IMG/VR virus record: IMGVR_UViG_3300030433_001936
Span: 1-64,000 of that record
Source: a virus
Lineage: Duplodnaviria; Caudoviricetes
DNA length: 64,000 nt
Reading direction: 5' to 3' (one strand)
Part shown: positions 19,937 through 28,890 of the stretch, one piece after another
Position numbering within the stretch: the stretch's first letter is position 1
Layout: each line of letters opens with the position of its first letter
The notes under the pieces: model-generated
The model's database searches: none
What the model saw: the letters and a program-made list of their open reading frames with translations, nothing else
Told to the model about the DNA's origin: nothing
Position numbers and translations under genes: made by a program

Positions 19937-20176
19937 TCAAAACAACCCCGTAATCCAACCTAGCGTTGAATTTAGAACGATGTTGTAAAGGCTCACATCC
20001 GTGTAGTATTCCACACCCGATGTGATAATAGTTGCAATTGCAGAACAAATCAATGCCTTTACCCAACCCCATGTTCGCTCATACACACGGTCAACTTGAT
20101 TTGCCATGTGCAATTGGCGCAGTGTTCCTTCAACTGCGTCGTCGCTTGGTGTTTTGAATAGCCAACCCATGTTCAT
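19937..20176 (-). CDS. Small membrane protein
   Basis: WGWVKALICSAIATIITSGV hydrophobic segment; abuts the GTPase start. Confidence 0.6.
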   Translation of the reverse strand: MNMGWLFKTPSDDAVEGTLRQLHMANQVDRVYERTWGWVKALICSAIATIITSGVEYYTDVSLYNIVLNSTLGWITGLF

Positions 20177-20757
20177 TCCTTCTTATATCGCTTGTCAGGT
20201 TTGCCATCCTTTGTCAACGGCACTTCTTTTGTCAAATCAACACCGAGATTAACTGCTTCCTTCTTGTCGGTGCGGTGTTTTGGTGGTGGATTGAATTCGG
20301 ACGGTTGTTCTTTGAATGTCTGTGGTTTCGGCTCAACAATCTGTGGGATGGCTTCATACCCTGACATTGACATTGCCATATACGCATCGGGGTTCTCTTC
20401 CAACATCCGCAACTGCTTTTCCATTTGCATCTGTCGCATTTTCAGTTCGGTTTCCAACTGTGCATTTGCAAATTGCGAGTTCATTTCACGCAATCGTGCA
20501 TCACGCACTCTTTGGGTGCGTTGCCATTGGGCTTTGCTATCCATGTTGTCTTGTAGCAACAACTTGTAAAAGAAATACGACATACCTTGCAGGGTAAATG
20601 CCCCCATTGCATATGTCAAAGCGTTGCTATATGTGTCTTGACTTTTCAGCCACAAATCTGCGTCAAACACGGCAATAGCAGCCCCAACCAAAATGGATAC
20701 GAAGCCGATAAAACCCATGACACGCAGTATGTCTTCATTCGTTTGAGCGTCTGTCAT
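20173..20757 (-). CDS. Two-TM membrane protein with cytoplasmic coiled coil
   Basis: Start moved to ATG 20757 (MTDAQTNE); two hydrophobic helices, then RDARLREMNSQFANAQLETELKMRQMQMEKQL. Confidence 0.7.
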   Translation of the reverse strand: MTDAQTNEDILRVMGFIGFVSILVGAAIAVFDADLWLKSQDTYSNALTYAMGAFTLQGMSYFFYKLLLQDNMDSKAQWQRTQRVRDARLREMNSQFANAQLETELKMRQMQMEKQLRMLEENPDAYMAMSMSGYEAIPQIVEPKPQTFKEQPSEFNPPPKHRTDKKEAVNLGVDLTKEVPLTKDGKPDKRYKKE

Positions 20758-20815
20758 ACAGTTCTCCCTCGGTATATGGGTGCAATTGCCCCTCAATAAC
20801 CATTCCCATGAAACA

Positions 20816-20891
20816 GTATTGATATTATCATGTATTGTGTAAGACAATAATAGCCGTATTATTCCCATATGATACATGGGAATATCAATAC
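20816..20891. repeat. AT-rich dispersed element, copy A, with internal inverted repeat
   Basis: GTATTGATATTATCATGTATTGTGTAAGACAATAATAG (20816-20853); GTATTGATATT is mirrored by AATATCAATAC at 20881-20891. Confidence 0.75.
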
Positions 20892-20981
20892 GATGGGTGG
20901 GTCGGACGGGAGTGAAGGCGAGAGAGAACCAATCACACGGGCATCCGCCCGACCCGCATGCATGCTGGCTTATACGGCATA

Positions 20982-21689
20982 TCAGGCTTGGCGTTGACGA
21001 CTACCCGTTGATTGGGGTTCATCAGCGCGACCTCGGACACCAACACGAGCGGGCGCTCGCATTTCAGCACGACGAGATGTTTGGGCAAACGGATTGCTTG
21101 GTTGTTCATTTCGTTGTTTGAATGATTCCGCCAAATTGTCAAGAATGTCATCAGCGTCCCCATCTTCAGCCATTTCAGCATGGCGATGTTCGTGGGGAGC
21201 AGCCTCAACACGACCAGGAATTTGTGCGGTCAGTGTTCCCGTCTTCATGCCAGGGGCGATACCGCCTTGCACATCGGGCGAAGTGCCAGGGAAAAATTGA
21301 CGGGATGGGATACCGAGTCTTCGCATTGCACCCATCAATCCACCACCGCCACGGGCTTTGGGTTCACGACCCGAATGGGGAATGGGTGGGCGACCTTCTT
21401 CCATGCGAGCCATATGATGTGCGGGGACATCTGCGCCACCACGCATTCTTTCGTAGTACTTTTCCGATGCGGGTGTGCGACCTACGCCACCCATACCTGA
21501 CCCATCATCGCTTGGGTATCCACGGGGGACACCACGGCTACCGAACATACCGCCACCCAAATCGGGTGGGGTGATTCCACGGCTTGCCATAGCCAATTCT
21601 TTAGGTCCAATCGCTTTCATCACTGCGACTCGCATATCACTGCGTAGTGCAATGTAATTTATGAACATGTCTGCCATACGGGGTATCAT
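20982..21689 (-). CDS. Hypothetical G/R/P-rich low-complexity protein (start uncertain)
   Basis: 235-aa ORF; the true start is probably downstream because it overlaps the divergent 21661 gene. Confidence 0.55.
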   Translation of the reverse strand: MIPRMADMFINYIALRSDMRVAVMKAIGPKELAMASRGITPPDLGGGMFGSRGVPRGYPSDDGSGMGGVGRTPASEKYYERMRGGADVPAHHMARMEEGRPPIPHSGREPKARGGGGLMGAMRRLGIPSRQFFPGTSPDVQGGIAPGMKTGTLTAQIPGRVEAAPHEHRHAEMAEDGDADDILDNLAESFKQRNEQPSNPFAQTSRRAEMRAPARVGVRGRADEPQSTGSRQRQA

Positions 21690-21975
21690 GGCGGGTCAAT
21701 CCGAACAAGCACACCGCCACAAAATTCAGTATGATACTGAATACGAATCGTCCCCCGAGCGCATCAAATATCGGGAAGAACTCAACCGTGAGCGAAGGCG
21801 AAGGGGCATTTACGGGCGTGGTGGACCTGATGTTAGCCACACCCGTGCAAACACATTGGTGTTGGAAAGTCCACACAAAAATCGTGCGCGACACTTCAAA
21901 GAGCGTGGGACTTTGAAATCAAACCCCGCACCCATTGACCAAGCGTGGTCAGTTTTGAAGCATCAATTGGATTGA
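21661..21975 (+). CDS. Basic HNH-like protein with C-terminal AW..LK tag
   Basis: YESSPERIKYREELNRERR..GPDVSH..LVLESPHKNRAR resembles degenerate phage HNH proteins; PIDQAWSVLK at the end. Confidence 0.55.
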   Translation: MNMSAIRGIMAGQSEQAHRHKIQYDTEYESSPERIKYREELNRERRRRGIYGRGGPDVSHTRANTLVLESPHKNRARHFKERGTLKSNPAPIDQAWSVLKHQLD

Positions 21976-22765
21976 CAGTGCCAACGCCATTGTCATTCGC
22001 CCATTGCAACAATGTTTCAGTTGCCAAATTTGCACCCGACCCTTTGACAAACGGACACCCACCGATACCGCCAATGCTTGTGTCAAACTGACGAATGCCA
22101 ACATCGTATGCCATTTGCACATTGCCGATAAGCGAATCCCCATGTTCGTTTTCATGCAAATGCACTGCCCACTTTGTTGACGGCATACGGGCAATGATGT
22201 CGCCAATGCGTTGAATGGATTGAGCATCGGCAATACCCGCAGTATCTGACAACACAACGGTGTAGCCCAACAATGCCGATTGTTGCAACACATTGGCTAT
22301 GAACAAATCGTCATACTGACCGTCAGTGGGACAACCGAATGCGTGTGAGATATACACACGGATGTTTTCTTTGGGAATACCCCACAACATGCTACGGTAT
22401 GTTGCATGCAACACTGCCAACGATGAATTAAAATTTTCAGCGTTGAATGTTTCCGATGGCGATAGGCACACATTGATGTTGGTTGCGCCCACTGCTTTTG
22501 CCCGTTCCAATCCTTTTTCGTTTGGCACTAGCACACTCAAATGACACGGCAATTTTTTGATTTCATTAAATACTGTTGCAGATGCGCTCATGTTTGGCAC
22601 AAGTTTGGGATGCACAAAACTGCCGACTTCTATATTGCGGATTCCACAATCATACAATTGTTCTATCATGCTGACTTTGTCAGCCACTGACACATCACAC
22701 TTTGCAGATTGCAGACCATCACGAGGTCCGACTTCGTAAATCTCAATCGTACTGCTTCCCTTCAT
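21896..22765 (-). CDS. hmgL: Hydroxymethylglutaryl-CoA lyase (DRE-TIM family), auxiliary metabolic gene
   Basis: IYEVGPRDGLQS, IEVGSFVHPKLVPNM, LSDTAG, AVHLH, GIGGCPF..GANLATE; start moved to ATG 22765. Confidence 0.88.
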   Translation of the reverse strand: MKGSSTIEIYEVGPRDGLQSAKCDVSVADKVSMIEQLYDCGIRNIEVGSFVHPKLVPNMSASATVFNEIKKLPCHLSVLVPNEKGLERAKAVGATNINVCLSPSETFNAENFNSSLAVLHATYRSMLWGIPKENIRVYISHAFGCPTDGQYDDLFIANVLQQSALLGYTVVLSDTAGIADAQSIQRIGDIIARMPSTKWAVHLHENEHGDSLIGNVQMAYDVGIRQFDTSIGGIGGCPFVKGSGANLATETLLQWANDNGVGTVNPIDASKLTTLGQWVRGLISKSHAL

Positions 22766-22938
22766 GACGCAATCCACCCATGCACATGGCTTGCAGTTCT
22801 TCGTCATTTTGGAAAACAACAACATCTTTTCCGATGTCATCAAACAACGAAATTATATGCTCAATCAACGCTAATCCAACAATTGCGGTAATGACCCAAC
22901 CCCACATATGAAGGGGTATGTCGGTGCAAAAAATAAAC

Positions 22939-25900
22939 CTATCTGCCTTTGAGTAGTGAATCCCACGCTAAATCAATGGGGTCGCCACGAGTGAAACCTG
23001 TTTCTTCATTCCATCGTGTGCCTTGAAATGTCGGAATGTTTTGTTCGCCTTCCGTTTGGTCGTGTTCACTTGGCAAGTTCAATCCCATTTCACCTGCGAT
23101 GTTCCTTTCATTGGGTGGGTGCGGTTCATTGTCAAACGCATTCGTCATTCTGCGTGTGCGTCGTGGGACTCGTGTGCGTCCTTGAATTTCTTCTTGTTCA
23201 CGCTTCATGTCAGCCATCATGTCGTCGTTATCGGGCATGATACCCATACGAGTGTCGGGCATACCCGTGTTTGGGTTGATGAAGACTTCAAGACCAGGGT
23301 TGGGTATCTCCATGCCCGCTTCTTTCATGGCTTCCAAAATTTCGGGTGGGATGCCATCCATTGTCAGTGCTTCGGGATAGTTCTGCATAAGCCACCGTGC
23401 AAAGTCAACATTGTCGTCTTCCAAATCCATTTCCACTGCAGGTCTTGAATATGGGCGCACTCTTCTCATCATCTCAAACGGGTGGTGTCCGTGTGCCGCT
23501 GCATCTTCAAGGAAACCGTGCATTCGTGCCATTGCTTTATCGTCAATATCATTGTAGGTGATGTCGCCCGCTTCCAATGCTTCAAACAACGCTTGCATAG
23601 TCTTTGGGTCTGCCTTTGCACCAGTGGCTAATGATTTGAAGTGGTCAAATGCCAAATCTTCGGGTTCGTTGTCAACTAATATCTCGGGCAAGTCCATCCC
23701 AAACCTTTCATTCAACATGTTGCTGAGTGCGTAGTGCATTGGGTGTTGTGAATTGAATTCGTTTGGTTGCATTTGAGATGCAAGCAAATCAGCATATTTG
23801 TTGGGGTCGTTGTAAAACGCCATCATTTCTTCATCGCTCAACGGACTACCAGGATGCCCGCCCGCTGCTTGTCGCTCAAACATCGCTTCCATTTCTTTTC
23901 GGGCGCGTTCTTGTGCGCGTTGTTGCCGAATCTGCTCTTCTTCTTTTCGTCGCTTACCACGGTTGCGAGCCAATGACCCACTAAGGAATGCAGTTTTACC
24001 CGCTTGGTCTAGTCCCGCTTTTCCTTCGGGTCGCCTTTTTCCTTGTGGCTTTCCTGCTTTGCGGTCTTCGGCACTCAATCCCATACGACCTTGTTGCGCG
24101 ATTTTGTTGCGCTCAGCCTCTTTGCGTCCACTGCTTTGTGGTCGCACATCACGGTTTTTGCGATTCCTTGCGCCAGTGCCACGCAATCGTTCTTCAAGCA
24201 CATCGCCCCTCTCTTCTTGGTCTTCTTCATCCCAATCCAACTTGGCAAACAATGTAGCCCATGATTTCAATGTGTCAGTGCTAAATTGCGGTTCGTCAAA
24301 AGCGCGTGGATAACCTGTAGTGTCAATTGCTTCTTCATTGTCAGGACCGCCTTGGGTCGGGTAATTTCGCCCACCTTGTCCCGCTCTTTTCCGATAAGGG
24401 GCGAGAGAGTCATAGGAATTTCGTGCGCGTCCCCCTCTCAATTCCACTTTTGTACTGGGTTTTTCAAAAATCGGACCTGGACTGTTTGCTTCCAATGCTT
24501 CTTGTAATGCTTGTTCACTTACTCTTTCCATCTGTCTGCTTCTCATGCCCTGTATAGCAGGGTGCATAGTTTGACGGGAAAAATGTCCGTGTACTTGCTC
24601 AATATCAGCCTTGAGAACTGCCCATGCAATATCCATCGGTTCGCCCGCATTCTTTTGGTCGTCATCGCCTTCTTCGTCTTTGATGTCAAACAACGACTTC
24701 TTTGGTTTTTCAGCACCTTTGGCTCGTTGTGATGTGTTCCTTCGTGCGGGCGGTGCAGGTCTTGGATTCTTCTTTTGAGATTCAGCCAATGCGCCAATGT
24801 CAGCGAACATGCGTTCTTCATTGCGCTTTTGTTCTTCGGTCATCACTGACCCTTTGGGGTCAACGGGCAGATTCGCCATTGCTTGTTCACGATTCTTCTG
24901 TTCTCTTGCCCTTCTTCGGTCAGCCAATTTTTGTGCGGGCGTTCTTTGACCGCTTTCTTCCAAATCAGTTGTGATTGCACCGCCAGTGGCTTCCGCCATC
25001 TCCCGTGCCATCTCAAGCAATCTGTCGTTTTCTTTTTCTTCTTCAGTTCGCTCGTCCCGTGGCAAATGCCGTCTTGTGTAGTTTCGTAGTGGCGCTCGCA
25101 TTGGCAATCCTTCAACTCGTTTGGTGTCTTTGACACCCGCTTCTCGTTGTTTTGCACTTTGCACATTCATGCGCCCCGTTTTGAATTCACGACCATGCAC
25201 ACGACCAATGGCTTCATTCAATCGGTCTTCTGCCGACATTTCATCCAATTTTTTGCGTTGCTTTGGTGTGATGACACGCACACGCTTCCCTGCGTGGTCT
25301 TTGTCATCACCGATAAATTCACGATACCAATTCGCAGTTTCTTCACCACGGTCTTTCACTGAAACCTTATTCGCACCGAGTCTGCGTTGACCTTTTTCGG
25401 GTGCAAGCAGATTGTGAACATCAACGGGAATGCCACGACCCATTGCTTGCATCATTGCATCATTCGTCCAATTGTCATGCAGTGGATGGTGAATTCCCAA
25501 CATGTGCGTGGCATTGTCAAGAATTTTACCGTTGCGTGTGCCGATGGCAGTGTATTTTCCATCGCCTTTGAAATCGGGCGGGATAACTTTGACGGGAATG
25601 TTGTTGTCATTCGCCCATCGCTCAACCATTTCATCAACGCCACCATGACCGCCCGTGATGATTGAATCGGGCATACCGTTCTTGTCAATCCATGCACCCA
25701 TCTGGTCATCAATAACACCCAATGCGTCATAGTACTCATTCAACCGATTCATTGGGTTGATTGGCAACAATTCGTTTGGTGGGAAATTGCCGAAGTCTTT
25801 GTGTCCGAGAACTGCCAAATGTGTTCCTTCCAATTCGGGCTTTGGTGCTGCTGGCGCTGCTGTTTTTGCGGGCGCTCGCACTTTTGCCTTTGGTGCAGTG

Positions 25901-26109
25901 GCGGGTTTGGGTTCGTTGCCCGTTCCGCCAAATTCGGGGGTCAAGTTTGCCATTGTCCCGCCCGTCAACACTGACAACAAATCTTTTGCTTCCGCAATTT
26001 GTCGCTTTTGGTCAGCGTATTCGTCTTCTTCTTCGTCGTCGTCATCGGAAGCATAGTCAAACAATGACTTCTGCTTCAGCATATACCATGCCTTGTCAAT
26101 AGCCGACAT
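22939..26109 (-). CDS. Large multi-segment protein with YspA/SLOG-like domain and three AW..LK tags
   Basis: Start moved to ATG 26109 (MSAIDKAWYMLK). SLOG-like LAVLGHKDF..IITGGHGGVDEMVERWANDNNIPVKVIPPDF..RNGKILDNATHMLGI. Confidence 0.75.
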   Translation of the reverse strand: MSAIDKAWYMLKQKSLFDYASDDDDEEEDEYADQKRQIAEAKDLLSVLTGGTMANLTPEFGGTGNEPKPATAPKAKVRAPAKTAAPAAPKPELEGTHLAVLGHKDFGNFPPNELLPINPMNRLNEYYDALGVIDDQMGAWIDKNGMPDSIITGGHGGVDEMVERWANDNNIPVKVIPPDFKGDGKYTAIGTRNGKILDNATHMLGIHHPLHDNWTNDAMMQAMGRGIPVDVHNLLAPEKGQRRLGANKVSVKDRGEETANWYREFIGDDKDHAGKRVRVITPKQRKKLDEMSAEDRLNEAIGRVHGREFKTGRMNVQSAKQREAGVKDTKRVEGLPMRAPLRNYTRRHLPRDERTEEEKENDRLLEMAREMAEATGGAITTDLEESGQRTPAQKLADRRRAREQKNREQAMANLPVDPKGSVMTEEQKRNEERMFADIGALAESQKKNPRPAPPARRNTSQRAKGAEKPKKSLFDIKDEEGDDDQKNAGEPMDIAWAVLKADIEQVHGHFSRQTMHPAIQGMRSRQMERVSEQALQEALEANSPGPIFEKPSTKVELRGGRARNSYDSLAPYRKRAGQGGRNYPTQGGPDNEEAIDTTGYPRAFDEPQFSTDTLKSWATLFAKLDWDEEDQEERGDVLEERLRGTGARNRKNRDVRPQSSGRKEAERNKIAQQGRMGLSAEDRKAGKPQGKRRPEGKAGLDQAGKTAFLSGSLARNRGKRRKEEEQIRQQRAQERARKEMEAMFERQAAGGHPGSPLSDEEMMAFYNDPNKYADLLASQMQPNEFNSQHPMHYALSNMLNERFGMDLPEILVDNEPEDLAFDHFKSLATGAKADPKTMQALFEALEAGDITYNDIDDKAMARMHGFLEDAAAHGHHPFEMMRRVRPYSRPAVEMDLEDDNVDFARWLMQNYPEALTMDGIPPEILEAMKEAGMEIPNPGLEVFINPNTGMPDTRMGIMPDNDDMMADMKREQEEIQGRTRVPRRTRRMTNAFDNEPHPPNERNIAGEMGLNLPSEHDQTEGEQNIPTFQGTRWNEETGFTRGDPIDLAWDSLLKGR

Positions 26110-26140
26110 ATGTAGTGGGATGTCAGCGCAGGTTATGGAG

Positions 26141-26605
26141 TTAACCACGATTTCGCCTTCTTTTTTCCGCCAACACTTTTTCAACCGCTTTGCGGTCAAA
26201 TTGGCGCAAATGTGCGACATTGCGTGGCATCACCACAATTTGTGATGGGTCGGGCATGTCGTCTTTACCGACAACACGCACCCCACCACCGTCTTTGATA
26301 TTCCGTGCAGGTCCTGTTGTTGGCATATCACCAATCGGTGCATCACCACGAATACCCACTGCAACATAATTGCCTTCGGGGTCGGCTCGCCATCGTGATG
26401 CACCATGACCATCTGCGCCCGATGGGTCATCGCCCATCATTGACCAAAATTGCTCGGGATACTTGCCTTCCAAATAGTCGGCAATGTGTTGCAATGGTTG
26501 TGCGCTGATTTGCTGAATTGGTGGTTGGTCGGGGTAATCGGGAATCCAATTGTACAACTTTGTTTGTCGTTTCAACAACAACCATGCAGTGTCAATTGGC
26601 AACAT
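26141..26605 (-). CDS. Hypothetical protein with N-terminal AW..LK tag
   Basis: MLPIDTAWLLLK; start moved to ATG 26605. Confidence 0.7.
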   Translation of the reverse strand: MLPIDTAWLLLKRQTKLYNWIPDYPDQPPIQQISAQPLQHIADYLEGKYPEQFWSMMGDDPSGADGHGASRWRADPEGNYVAVGIRGDAPIGDMPTTGPARNIKDGGGVRVVGKDDMPDPSQIVVMPRNVAHLRQFDRKAVEKVLAEKRRRNRG

Positions 26606-26610
26606 GCATA

Positions 26611-27408
26611 TCACGGAAACCTTTCGTCATATGCCTGTTGTGCATCAGCAATCGCTTGCAATGCGCTTTGCTCATAATCACCAGTTATTGCTTCTCGCTT
26701 GTCAGTCATTGCATCACCCTTTTTCCGTGCGTCTGCAATTGCATCCATTTCATCACTATTAGTGCGTCCATGACTGTGTGGATAAAGTGCTAATTGCCTT
26801 CGCAATTTGTTTGGGTTCATATTTGCCAATCTCGGATAATTCTTACTGTATGCTTCTAATGCATCTTCTAGTGCCGTTGCCCATACATTGTTGGACGGGC
26901 TATCGCCCAATGGCACTTGTTCAGTCGTGCGATAACCGCCACGGGATGTCGCAGTTTTGCGTTTATCCATGTCCCCACGAGTCCATCGTCGTGGCACACC
27001 TTCATGTATTGGCAATCTGCTCAATTCATCTTTTTGCTCAATGGCGTTTCTCAAAGCACGACCACGCAGTTTGCCTTTCATCACACTCCATGCCATATCA
27101 ATGGGGTCGCCTTTGACCATCGTTGGCTTTCCACCAACACCTTGCTTTTTACTGCGTTTGCGTTGCGTCATTGCCCGCTTTTCGCCTTTGCTGTGATGCC
27201 GTGCAAGTTTTGGTGTCTTGCTACTGACACGCTTTGATGGTCGGCACTTTGGGTATCCACGCTTGCTTTTGTTCGCTTTACTGCGACCACACGGGGGATG
27301 CGAACCGTCTTTGTTCGTGCGTGATACATCCACCCACTTTTCTTTGAACCAACGATTCAGGTTTTTGACAACCATGACATCTTGGCAACCGCACAATTCA
27401 CCATCCAT
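26611..27408 (-). CDS. Basic phage-type domain (RWFKEKWVD..CGR..YPKCRP) plus internal AW..MK tag
   Basis: LNRWFKEKWVDVS..PCGRS..YPKCRPSKRVSSKTPK, then DPIDMAWSVMK. Confidence 0.7.
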   Translation of the reverse strand: MDGELCGCQDVMVVKNLNRWFKEKWVDVSRTNKDGSHPPCGRSKANKSKRGYPKCRPSKRVSSKTPKLARHHSKGEKRAMTQRKRSKKQGVGGKPTMVKGDPIDMAWSVMKGKLRGRALRNAIEQKDELSRLPIHEGVPRRWTRGDMDKRKTATSRGGYRTTEQVPLGDSPSNNVWATALEDALEAYSKNYPRLANMNPNKLRRQLALYPHSHGRTNSDEMDAIADARKKGDAMTDKREAITGDYEQSALQAIADAQQAYDERFP

Positions 27409-28130
27409 TAACCAAACCTCCGTCTGTCTTTTCTTCGTTCAGCGGCAATCAGTTTGTCCCATTGTTCGGCAGTTTTTATGTTATTCGCTCTTCGCAAATG
27501 TGGATTTCTTGCTCGCAATCCCATAATTTCTCTAAACCGTTGTTCTTTTTGCCGTGGGGTCAATTTGTTGGAAGTCAACGATATTGTACCATCCTTTCCA
27601 ACTGATGTGCGAGTCGGTGAATCAAGTTGTTGTATGATGTCCGCGATGCCCCGCATGGGATGGTCTTCGCTAACTCTTTGACCAAACATAGCAGCAAGCA
27701 TCCCCTTTGCACCTGCGTTTCTATGTTGATGAGCATTGAGGTCATGCATCAATTCTCGGTGTGCTGTAAGTGCTGATTCGGGATACTCCATAATGACGGC
27801 TGGGTGTTCGGTTCGTGCAGTTGCATCTATGTCTTGACTATATTTGCCATATTTACTGTCTCTTAAATCGCCCACCCCTGGTTGGTTATCTGTGGTTGCA
27901 TGACCCCATTCGTGTGCGTTCAATCTCGCCAACGCATTTGCAGTGAATTTGTCAGCGTCAGCGTCAGAAAAGCCCATGTTTCGTCCATAAGGCAAAATCG
28001 CAGCCAAATTGACATTTACCGTATCAGTCCACGGGTCATAATGCCCCGCCCTGTCCCGTCCATCAAACTCCAAATTGTAGTCAGCGTCATCACTTTTCAA
28101 AAATGACCAAGCCGTATCAAATGGGGTCAT
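27408..28130 (-). CDS. Putative zincin-like metallopeptidase with N-terminal AW..LK tag
   Basis: MTPFDTAWSFLK; G.YDP..DTVNVNL; HEWGH followed by TEHPA. Confidence 0.55.
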   Translation of the reverse strand: MTPFDTAWSFLKSDDADYNLEFDGRDRAGHYDPWTDTVNVNLAAILPYGRNMGFSDADADKFTANALARLNAHEWGHATTDNQPGVGDLRDSKYGKYSQDIDATARTEHPAVIMEYPESALTAHRELMHDLNAHQHRNAGAKGMLAAMFGQRVSEDHPMRGIADIIQQLDSPTRTSVGKDGTISLTSNKLTPRQKEQRFREIMGLRARNPHLRRANNIKTAEQWDKLIAAERRKDRRRFG

Positions 28131-28318
28131 TTCTTCTTCCCCTTCCCCTTAAACTTGCCACGGCAGTATTGAACTGCCCAACCATTGGCATAAGCGGAAG
28201 GATAGACCTTGAATTTGCGCTTAGCAGCCGCTTTTCCTGCGGGGCATAACTTCTTTTCCAAATGGTCAAACGCAGCGTTTGTAGCAACACACAAATCGCA
28301 ATTGCCACACCCCGTCAT
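28127..28318 (-). CDS. Small basic phage-type protein (YPSAYAN motif)
   Basis: AKRKFKVYPSAYANGWAVQ. Confidence 0.7.
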   Translation of the reverse strand: MTGCGNCDLCVATNAAFDHLEKKLCPAGKAAAKRKFKVYPSAYANGWAVQYCRGKFKGKGKKK

Positions 28319-28322
28319 GTCA

Positions 28323-28859
28323 TCACCACTTCACTTTGTCTGCCCAATACGCTGCTGACATCGGACCTCGTGCGATGTTCTTGCGGTGTCGTGCTTTGAA
28401 TGACCTTTGCCGTGCCTTTTCCTTCGGTGTCTTTGGATTTGCACCCGCACCTGACTTACCTTGTTGACCAAATCGGATGGTTTTCACTTTGCCACCTGAC
28501 CGTGCCACTACAATGTGCGATTTCTTGCCATGACCTGGTGTGCGCTTCGGTTTGTTGTATCCCGACACACCCGCACGGGCAAGCCGTGGGTCTTTTTTGC
28601 CCTTTGCAAATGACGCATTGATACTCTTTCGGAAACGCTTCATCTTCTTCATTTTGCATCCCGTTTCGGGTGTGCAATCGCACATCCCCATTGATGCAAT
28701 GTCGCATAATTCGTCGTCATCTGACGGATAATGCAGTTGCAATGATTTGTTGGTCGTTTCATTTTCCAACTTGCATTCACCATCGGCACAACCGCATCCA
28801 CGGGCTTTGCCTACGCACCCCGTTTTCAAAAACAACCATGCAGTTTCGTGTGCCGTCAT
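28323..28859 (-). CDS. Tagged protein with Cys-rich N-terminus and basic phage-type C-terminal domain
   Basis: MTAHETAWLFLK; KDPRLARAGVSGYNKPKRTP..IRFGQQG..SFKARH..SAAYWADKVKW. Confidence 0.75.
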   Translation of the reverse strand: MTAHETAWLFLKTGCVGKARGCGCADGECKLENETTNKSLQLHYPSDDDELCDIASMGMCDCTPETGCKMKKMKRFRKSINASFAKGKKDPRLARAGVSGYNKPKRTPGHGKKSHIVVARSGGKVKTIRFGQQGKSGAGANPKTPKEKARQRSFKARHRKNIARGPMSAAYWADKVKW

Positions 28860-28890
28860 CACACTACCCGATGCGAAAGAATGCAATAAA

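Noticed and set aside
22905-22925. Minus-strand GACATACCCCTTCA resembling the early promoter
   Set aside because: It lacks the TTAAA box and the CACC palindrome; too degenerate to call.
26141-26605. ADP-ribosyltransferase fold in a tagged protein
   Set aside because: There is only a vague LY..FWS..VAVGI strand pattern with no convincing catalytic residues; it needs structure prediction.
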